Shown here one piece after another: positions 54,514 to 64,000 of a stretch of DNA of 64,000 bases. The translations under genes and the position numbers were made by a program. The notes beneath the pieces are model-generated. The model searched no databases. It worked only from the letters and a program-made list of their open reading frames with translations, and had not been told where the DNA came from. Source of the DNA: Octopus sinensis (taxonomy: Eukaryota); NCBI RefSeq assembly GCF_006345805.1, contig NC_043015.1:20088001-20152000 (forward strand), given 5' to 3'. How positions within the stretch are numbered: position 1 is the first letter of the stretch; each line of letters begins with the position of its first letter.

Positions 54514-56714
54514 CCTCATTATTATTATTGTTATTATCGTTATTGATATTATTATTAAGGTGGTAAGTTGGCAGAATTCATAGCATGCTGTAAGAAATGC
54601 TTAGCAACAATTCTTCCAGCTTTACATTCTAAGTTCAAGTGCTGCCAAAGTGACTTTGACTTTCATCCTCTCAGGGTCAATGAAATAAATACTAGTTGAG
54701 CAATGGGGGCGGGGGGAAGAGGTCAATGTAATCAACTAGTGCCCTCCCCATAAAATTCAGGCCTTGCACCTATAGCAGAAAGGGCCACTGCCACCGCTGC
54801 TGCTGCCACCACACAACAACAACAGCAGCAGCCGCCGCTGCCACCACCACACCACCACCACCACCACCGTGTTTTGAATTAAATGGACATGTTTGAATTA
54901 TTTCTGTTGAAGAATTTAGACTCTTCATGCTTTGATTTAAAGGAATAAAGCTGTTTCAGATAATTTTACTAAGAGAAGATTTTGGAACAGTTCCAGTGTC
55001 AATCCTACTTTTATCTAAGAATGAAAAATAAGATTTTTCTCTTTGGATAGTTTATTGGGGTCATAAGAAGACAAGTTCACCATTGTGATGGCAGCATCAA
55101 AACCATTCTTAAGCATAAAAAAAAGCACACAATAAGAAAAAAAAGGGAAAAAGAAGAAAAGCTAACAACATTAAATTGACAAAGATGGAGAGGAAAAATA
55201 ATGCTTTTGTGATAAATAATATGAGTGACATTAACTTGAACATTCATAGCAAGACGGCAAAATACAACAACAGCAACAATTCTTACACACACATATGCTT
55301 GCTAAAATTGCAAAATGGAATTATCTTTGTATATTTTTATGTTAGTAAATTTAAGTGGAAAACCAATTTTGTCAATTGTAAGTGTGATTTGCAACAGACA
55401 AATGTTGGGTTGGAATTTGACTGAATGAAAAAATGATGTGGCAACACTATGTAACAAAAACAAGTAGGTTTTTGCCTGATGCCATCACACAAGCTTCATA
55501 AAGAAGGACTAAGGGTTAGATGCAATCTATTGAGCATGCCCTTTCTGTTACCAACCTTCAACAGGACTAGACCAGACCAGACATGTTTTCATGGAAGACT
55601 GGAAATGAAGGACACTGCTTGCATGACGGTGACATTTGTTTACAACTATTATGTGATGGCAAGGCAAGTAGACAGTAACATACATGCACAAATACGATGG
55701 GCTTCATCCAGTTTCCACTTTACAAATTCACTCACAAGGCTATGGCTGATCCAAAGGTATAGCAGGAGATTCGAAGGTATTGCTCAAGGTGCCACACAGT
55801 GGAACTGGACCCTGAACCATGTGGTTGGGAAGCAAACTTCTTACAACACACCCATGCCTTCACACACATACACACATGCATACACACACACACAGCTAGC
55901 TAAATGTGTGTGTGTGTTTGAGTGTGTGTTTATAGCTAAGGTATTTATGTTTTATAAAGATACCAACTACTTCAATCAGTAGTAGTACTACTACAACTAC
56001 CATCACCACTACTAGAATCACTGCTGCACCACCACCACCACCACCACCACCACACCACCACCACCACCGCCGCCGCTGCCGCCACCACCACCACCACCAC
56101 CTGTTTTTCTTCTTTGTTGTTTCCATGCATCATTGAGAACAGATGAGAATATAGTTTTCGCAATATTGCCTTACAGTCTTAGGTTTCACAAGAATCATCA
56201 TCATTCTCATTATAGCCATCATCTTCATCCTCATCACCATCTACAACACAAACCATCATTGTTGTCATCATCATGTTACATCCCTCTTTCCAATGCCAAC
56301 ATGATTTAGGTAAGTTTTCTTTTATTTTTCTAGGAACCGAGTCAGTTCTTATTTGTTGTCACTGCCCCCTTAGATGGGCAAGGGACTATATACCCTGTTC
56401 ATACATTTCATTTTTGATATGTTTTCCAGGTTTGTATGCCCTTTATATCACTCACCCCTTTACAGAATGTTTTGGGTGCAGCTCATTGTGACACCTGCTC
56501 TTGCCATATACATCAAGTACACGTTTTTGATGTAAGCAACTAAAGTAGCATTAAATTAAAATTCCCATCTATACATCATACATAATATACATATACACCA
56601 TTGACAGGTATGCTGCTGTGTTTTTCGCCTGAGATAAAATCTCTTTATACATGAGGTGTGTTAAAGGAAAAAAACAAAACGAAACACACACACGCACATA
56701 TATATATAGATAAA

Positions 56715-57065
56715 TGCAGGAGTGGCTGTGTGGTAAGAAGCTTTCTTCCCAACCACATGGTTCTGGGTTCAATCCCATTGTGTGGCACCTTGGGCAAGTG
56801 TCTTCTGCTATAGCTTCGGGCCAACCAAAGCTTTGAGTATGGATTTGGTAGAAGGAAACTGAAAGAAGCCTGTCGTGTATGTGTGTCTGCGAGTCTGCAT
56901 TTGTCTCCCACCACTGCTTAACAAATGAGATGGATAGAATAAGTACCAGGCTGTAAAGCAAATATGTAAAAGTACTGGGGTCGATTTATTTGACTAAAAA
57001 TTCATCAAGATGGTGCTCCAGTATGGTCGCAGTCTAATGACTGAAACAAGTAAAAGAATAAAAGA
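56715..57065 (+). mobile_element. Family A SINE
   Basis: gcaggagtggctgtgtggtaag...ggcaccttgggcaagt (MIR-like CORE)...gaaacaagtaaaagaat. Confidence 0.9.
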
Positions 57066-57854
57066 ATATTAGAGCAAGATTAAAAATCATCCCAAAGCAC
57101 ATCTATAAAGAAATTTTATCACAGAATATAAGTGTTAAGTATGATACAGATTACCCTGAAGAAGGGGTACAATGCAAATTTACATTATGTTGTAATATGC
57201 AATGCAATTTGCATTGGTAATAAATAAGAAGGCTATTGAAACGTGTGTAGTGATGTTATGAGCTGTCCATTTTCTACTCGATACACTGCATAACATGTAC
57301 CAGTTATGCATACAGGGGTTTTCAGGATACCCAAGATAAGTAAACAACTGTATAACACTACATTGATCATTATACTGATCATTATACTGACCAACTGCAT
57401 GACCAGGAAAACTTCCTCTTGGAGTAATCCATTAGCCAGAAATATATGGGGATGTTTTCAAGTTAATTTGCCAAGATCTATTTGATTTCCATTGTACAGG
57501 GGAGGCCAAAGTCATGTATAAAACAATGCTCTGGAATTGTCAAAGACATGCTTCAATTTTTCTAAAACTGAATGAAATAAATAAAATAATGATGAATACA
57601 CATGTCATACAAAATGAATAACAACAAGAGCACTCAGAGAGAGCAAACCTCTGCCAAAGCAACACCAACGTCCTCTCAACGATTAGCTGGAGATGGTTTT
57701 TGAAATGAGAATATCTGAAATACACTTGACTGCTCTCACAAACGAGAATACTAAAACTGAACCCGACCGCTCTCAAAAATTAAGTAAAAAAAAAAAAATC
57801 CAGACTATATGTGTGTGTGTGACTGAGTCCACAGCTATAACCTACACCAGTGTT

Positions 57855-58185
57855 GCATAACCAGCCCACTCAAAAGTACCTTGGATCATAGGGCGACATG
57901 CTGTGCTTGAGGAGACCTATTGAGTCAAATAGATCAACATCAGCAATATCAAAATCAAATCAAATGGAAATTATAGTTGTGAGCCCCATGCCGGTAGCAC
58001 GTAAAAGGCACCCACTACACTCTCAGAGTGGTTGGCATTAGGAAGGGCATCCAGCTGGAGAAACACTGCCAGATCAGATTGGGGCCTGATGCAGTCTCCT
58101 GGATTCCCAGACCCCAGTCGAACCGTCCAACCTATGCCAGCATGGAAAATGGATGTTAAACGATAATGATGATGATGATGATGCC
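57855..58185 (+). mobile_element. RTE-tailed retroposon (family C)
   Basis: Single-module counterpart of the 934-2740 array, ending in (GAT)n. Confidence 0.85.
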
Positions 58186-58379
58186 TGAAACCCCATGAGT
58201 TAGAAAAAATAGCAACCCATATATTGGTTAAGGGAGTGAATATATTATTAATAACAAAATACAATATCATAGACTCATAGCACCCACTTTGCCATTTGTT
58301 TACATACAAGGGTTGATATAACCCCAAAAATTTACCAGAAAAGGTTGAAAAGAATGGTTTTGCATTTCAGTTTTTTCAG

Positions 58380-58422
58380 ATGATTGCCAGAGTTACCTCA
58401 AGACCTGGCAAGAAACCAATTG
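58380..58422 (+). CDS. Candidate micro-exon of a plus-strand gene
   Basis: ttttgcatttcagttttttcag|AT ... TG|gtaaat, 43 nt, encodes (D)DCQSYLKTWQETN(W). Confidence 0.3.
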
Positions 58423-58829
58423 GTAAATTGTCAGATATGAGACTGAAATATCGTATTTTATTATTAATAATAATACAAATAATTAGTTATTTCTAATTTT
58501 GGTAAAAATCCAGCAATTTCAAGGGAAGGTCGTTAAGGATTACATTGACTGGTATCCTGTTCTATTGACCCTGAAAGAATGAAAGGCAAAATTAACCTTG
58601 ATACAATTTGAACTTAGAATGTAACGAGTTGGAAGATGTGCAACAATGCATGTAATGCACTAATGATTCTGCTAGCTTGCAGCCTTTTTAGTAGTAGTAG
58701 TAGTAGTAGTAGTAACAACAACAACAGTTTTGAATTTTGGTCAAGGCATTTATGTGGACCCCAGTATATAACTGGTGCTTCATCAACCCCATAAGAATGA
58801 AAGGTAAAGTTGACTTCAGCATGATTTGA

Positions 58830-58888
58830 ACTGAGACAATAATAATGATAATGATGATAATAATAATAATGATAATAATAATAATAAC

Positions 58889-58939
<51 letters not shown>

Positions 58940-58940
58940 C
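58830..58940. repeat. (AAT)n microsatellite within a family B SINE cluster (58500-59165)
   Basis: Direct inspection. Confidence 0.9.
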
Positions 58941-59274
58941 CTTTCTGCTATAGGCACAAGGCCTGAAATTTGGGGGAGGGGACTAGGTGATTATATGCCC
59001 CCCCTCCACCATAGCGTTCAACTGGTATTTATTTTATTGACCTCAAAAGAATGGAAAGCAAAGTCAACATTAGTAGAATTTGAACTCAGAACACGAAGAC
59101 AGATGAAATGCTGCTCAGCATTTTGCCCAGCGTGCTAACGATTCTGCCAGCTCACCACCTTAACAACAACAACAACAATAATAATAATAATATCAAGAGC
59201 ACTTAGAGAGCACAAATCTCCACCAAGACAACACCAATGTCCTCTCAATGATTAAGCCGGAGATGATTTTTGAA

Positions 59275-59572
59275 ATGAAAGCAATTACAGCGTGGAAGGT
59301 GTTTATAAGCCATTTAAGAAACACACAAAAACTGTTAGATTCAGTTCAACATTTAAATTTAATTTGTCAAAATATTTTCATCGCTTTGAGACCACGACTT
59401 GTTCAGATAAAATTCCATGCTGCATCTCAATTTTGTCAGTGAACAGGTCGCGGTCTCAAAGCGACGAAAATATTTTGGCAAATTAAATTTAAATGTTGAA
59501 GTGAATCTAATGGTTTTTGTGTGTTTCTTAAATGGCTTATAAATACCTTTCACGCTGCAATTGTTTTCATTC
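59275..59572. repeat. Inverted pair (~130-bp arms) of PLE-like terminal segments
   Basis: 59275-59405 is the reverse complement of 59440-59572 at roughly 90% identity by eye. Confidence 0.9.
59432..59482 (+). ncRNA. Minimal type-I hammerhead motif, G3:C8 core variant
   Basis: UUUGUCA-GUGAACA-G-GUCGC(GGUCUCAAA)GCGAC-GAA-AAUAUU-U-UGGCAAA. 7-bp stem I, 5-bp stem II, palindromic stem III. Confidence 0.65.
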
Positions 59573-60530
59573 CAGCACATGATCTCAGATCAGGTCACTT
59601 GCTATGCAAGTATATCTCCGTAATTATTAAAATGGGAATATCTGAAATAAACTCGACTGCTCTCACAAATGAGAATACTAAAAATGAACCTGACCACTTT
59701 CAAAAATTAAGTAAAAAAACAGGAACAATAATAATCCAGAATCCTTGTCTGGTACCAGATTGATACCAAAAGCTAATCAGTTCGTGCCAGTTATGAGACC
59801 AAACATTCCTGAAAGTTTCATCTGAATCCATTCAGTGGTTCTTGAGATATTTTGTCCACAGACAAACAAACACAACTGAAAACAATACCTCCACCTTCAC
59901 TAAGGCAGAGGTAATAATAATAATCCCTTTTACTGTAGGCACAAGGCCTGGATTTTGTGGGGAGGGAATATGTCAATTGCATTGACCCTAGTGCTTAACA
60001 AATACTTATTCTATCAAACCCTGGAGAGATAAAAAGCAAAGTCAACCTCAGCAGAATTTGAACTGAAAATGCAAAAAACATGGATAAAATGCCACTAAGC
60101 TTTTGTTCAGCATCCTCACAATTCTACCAGCTCATCACCGTTAATGATAATAACAATAAACACACACACAGAGCAAGATGCACCAAAATACCAACTCGTA
60201 ATTTAGTGTGGCACAGCAGCAAAACCTGCAAATATTCTGAATAGTATGCAAGGTGACAGAAAGAGATGACAGATATTTTCTCATTACGTCAAAAGTCTTC
60301 AGAAGTGGCAATGAAGTAAACAAGACTGGTTGTGTATTTATAGCATGCATACCTGTACTTATAGACGCAGGCATACCATACATATATGTGAGTGCATATT
60401 TATAGCTACGCATCTGTATGTACACAGCAAACCCACTGCTCACCACCACCACCGCCATCACATACAAAAGAGACGGCTAAACATAAGCATTCACATAAAC
60501 AGTACCGTTCTTAATATATTTTCTGTACTG

Positions 60531-60562
<32 letters not shown>

Positions 60563-60654
60563 TATATATATATACATACATACATATATATATATATCGA
60601 TACATACATATATATACATACATACATACATACATACATACATACACACACATA

Positions 60655-61058
60655 TATTCTTTTATTCTTTTATGTGTTTCAGTCATTTGACTGCAGCCAT
60701 GCTGGAGCACCGCCTTTAGTTGAGCAAATTGACCCCAGTACTCATTCTTTGTAAGCCTAATACTTATTCCATCGGCCCCCCTTGCTGAACTGCTAAGTTA
60801 CGGGGATGTAAACACACCAGCATCGGTTGTCAAGCGATGCTGCGGGGGACAAACACAGACACACAAACATATACATACATATATATATATATATATATAT
60901 GCGAAGGGCTTCTTTCAGTTTCCGCCTACCGAATCCACTCACAAGGCTTTGGGTGGCCCGAGGCTATAGTAGAAGACACTTGCCCAAGGTGCCACGCAGT
61001 GGGACTGAACCCAGAACCATGTGGTTGGTAAGCAAGTTACTTACCATATAGCCACTCA
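60655..61058 (-). mobile_element. Young family A SINE
   Basis: Near-consensus full-length copy with CpGs retained. Confidence 0.92.
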
Positions 61059-61878
61059 CACACACATACATACATACATACATACATACATACATACATA
61101 CATACATACATACATACATGCATACAGACACACATACACATCTTATACATATATATAAATATCTGTATCGTTTTGCTATGGTGACGTCAACATCATCATC
61201 ATCTTTTAATGTTGACTTCTCCAAGCTTGACTGTATCAACAATGTTTGTGTGTGTATGTGTGTGTGTGTGTGTGTCTGGTTGTGTGTTTACATATAAGAC
61301 TATTAATAGAGAAACACATATATACATGTAGACATCTCCATCATGTTGAAATACACTCACACATACTCACACTTGCATGCAGATGCACAACCACATAAAC
61401 ATGGTTATGTGTATGTGCAACACTGACTACAAGACATGAGCTTGGTTCCTGTGACAAACCTATAACGCCTATAAAGTTGCATCTGGCTGAAACAAACTGT
61501 TTTTTTGAATAATAATAATATATGTACTCTTAGGTGATGAGATAAGTGCATCTTTCTTTCTTACATTTGCCTATTCAATTATACACTGAACTGCAAATGA
61601 AACAGGAGACATGTGACTGTGAAATATGTTTTAATTTCATTATGTCAGAGATAAATTTTGATAAATCTGATAAAGTCAATTTCTTGGATGCACATTGACC
61701 ACAGTCTATGGGTCGTTGTCATGTGTCCTGGTAGTGGGTGGAGTCAGCATATCAAGATTGTAGGGTGTGACATGTTCAATACTGTGTATTATGCCCTCCC
61801 TAGGTGTTCAAAATGGCCATACACCATTGAAAGGTTACCTGCAATTTGGGCCCCAGCCATAAACCATCATGTCTTGAA

Positions 61879-61910
<32 letters not shown>

Positions 61911-61913
<3 letters not shown>

Positions 61914-62145
61914 CCATACTCCATGCAGACTTTTAAGCTAGCTCCTGCAGAGGGTTAATTGGGCCTTGCAGCCCCAAACTAAAAAGAGGTAAATAGCATG
62001 ACTATCATCATCATCATTGTTTAAGCGAACGTTAAACGATGATGATGATGATAGTTATGCTATTTACCTCTTTTTAGTTTGGGGCTGCAAGGCCCAATTA
62101 ACCCTCTGCAGGAGCTAGCTTAAAAGTCTGCATGGAGTATGGCTT
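61911..62145. repeat. Near-perfect palindrome (114-bp arms, 7-nt loop)
   Basis: Arms 61911-62024 and 62032-62145 with 2 mismatches. Confidence 0.97.
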
Positions 62146-62189
62146 TTAAGGTAGTATACATATATAATTGCAGTCTACTTGCAAATACA

Positions 62190-62417
62190 TTAACCGTTTC
62201 GTTATCAACCTGGCTGAAACCAGCTCTGGCTCTAAGTGCAAATGTCTTGTCTTTATAAGTTTTGAATCAAAATCTTCCACCAAACCTTAGTCACAATTTA
62301 TGTTCCTAACACCAGCTTAATGATAACCATGTTATTTTACTAAATTCTTTGTTATATTTAAAGTAATTGAAAGAAACACAAAGCATCTCAACAGAAATAT
62401 GGTAACGAAAGGGTTAA
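62190..62417. mobile_element. piggyBac-like MITE
   Basis: TTAA|ccgtttcgttatca ... tggtaacgaaaggg|TTAA. A related copy lies near 45935-46160. Confidence 0.75.
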
Positions 62418-62504
62418 GTGTACGTGGTCAATAATATTTATATATATATGCTAGAATGGAAAGCGGACATTAAACAATGATGATGATGATATATATATAT
62501 ATAT

Positions 62505-63045
62505 TCTTTTATTTGTTCCAGTCGTTTGACTGTGGCCATGCTGGAGCACCGTCTTTAGTTGAACTAATCAACCTCATGACTTATTCTTTGTAAGCCTAGT
62601 ACTTATTCTATCAGTTTGTTCTGCTGAACTGCTAAGTTATGGGGATGTAAACACACCAGCATCGGTTGTCAAGCGATGGTAAGGTGAGGGACAAACACAC
62701 ACACACACACATGCGATGGGCATCTTTCAGTTTCCATCTATCAAATCCACTCACAAGGCTTTGGTCAGCCCAAGGCTATAACAGAAGACACTTGCCCAAG
62801 GTGCCATGCAATGGGACTGGACCCAGAACCATGTGAAAACTGTCCTTGCCTGTGCTGGTGCCACGTAAAAAGCACTCAACCCAATCTGTAGGATGGTTGG
62901 TGTTAGGAAGGGCATCCAACCATAACAACTGTGTCAAAACGGACACAGAAGTTTGGTGCAGTCTTCTACCTGGCCAGCTCCAGTCAAACCGTCCAACCCA
63001 TGCCAGCATAGATGGCTGATGTTAAACGATGATGATGATGATGTT
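62505..63045. mobile_element. Adjacent family A SINE (minus, 62505-62835) and family C retroposon (plus, 62850-63045)
   Basis: Matches to the families above. Confidence 0.85.
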
Positions 63046-64000
63046 GATATATACAGATGTCATATAATGCTGACAAATTTTTTTAACGAGTAAATATCTT
63101 ATTGATGGGACATATAACTGTGTGTGTGTGTGGTTTTGAGAGCACATGTATATAATCATAACCACCACCACCACTGTCTCCATGGCTGCTGACATCACCC
63201 CCCTCCATTGCCCCCGCCAACACTACCACCTTTTATGCCTGTACCAGGGCTGTCTTCTCTCTAGAATGTAGTATCTGATTCCTTTTCTACCCAGGTTTTC
63301 TCTCAACTCATTTGTACTCTGTTGTACTCTGTTGTTCACACACACGACAACACTAACATTACACAACCAACAGAGCATGCTTGCTTCATTCCTTCCATCC
63401 AATCCACCCTGCCCCATCCCTCCACACCTCTTCCACATTTAATACCTGCGTTTCGCTACCATGCAACACTGCATTTCATATACAAGCATTATACAATCTT
63501 TCTTTCACCTCGACGGAGAGAGAAACTCCCTTGTTGCCTTGTTGCCAGCAGAGGCAACAGCTCCCTACACATACACACACACAAATGCATGCATACTTAC
63601 GTTCCAGCTGTGAAATGAATACATGCATGTATACCACCACTCTCATACATATACACACACATTTATGTGTCTCAGCATGAAATGCATAAATGCCATCACC
63701 ACACACGCACACACAGACACACAGACACACACAAACACACAAAGGCATGCATACTTATGTTCCAGCTGTGATATGCATACATACATGAATACCCCCACTC
63801 TCACATATGTACACACACGCATGCAAACACACACACACACACACACACATTTATGTGTCCCAGTATGAAATGCATAAATACCATCACCACACATACACAT
63901 GAATCCACAAACACACACACACACACACATATTTGCTCCACTTCGTTGGATGCTCAGAAACATGCACATGCATATCGCTATATCAGATTACAGAGTGCAG

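Larger units (their letters stand above)
59194..59914 (+). mobile_element. Helitron-like element interrupted by a palindromic insertion
   Basis: Colinear with the uninterrupted copy at 57623-57815 except for a ~360-bp insert after tttgaaatg. 3' hairpin acctc...gaggt. Confidence 0.65.

Noticed and set aside
57240-57440. Open minus-strand frame ITPRGSFPGHAVG...YLGYPENPCMHNW
   Set aside because: No splice sites or identifiable family; overlaps a decayed repeat region.

Overview
AT-rich, microsatellite-dense eukaryotic DNA. The SINE repertoire (tRNA-headed CORE-type and RTE-tailed families) suggests an octopus or other coleoid cephalopod; this is recognition from memory, not a database result. 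Most of the window is intron or intergenic sequence filled with SINEs, decayed LINE fragments (CRE, RTE, R4/Dong, CR1-group), Penelope-like (PLE) RT and GIY-YIG remnants, Tc1/mariner remnants, MITEs and Helitron-like elements. The only well-supported gene part is the last two exons of a minus-strand gene (46443-46300, 44384-44017), which splice in frame and resemble the invertebrate DUF7153 family. Main observations: (1) several dispersed minimal type-I hammerhead ribozyme motifs, whose cores show all of the C3:G8, U3:A8 and G3:C8 pairings; (2) two near-perfect short-loop palindromes, each directly right of a (TA)n tract; (3) a CRE/E-box/CTCF/ETS promoter-like zone at 15-16.5 kb, followed by a switch from CpG-retaining to CpG-depleted DNA near 19-21 kb, which suggests a methylated plus-strand gene body with the minus-strand gene nested in it. 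No CRISPR array, rRNA gene or true tRNA gene was found. All alignments and folds were done by eye, and element boundaries are approximate unless stated otherwise.
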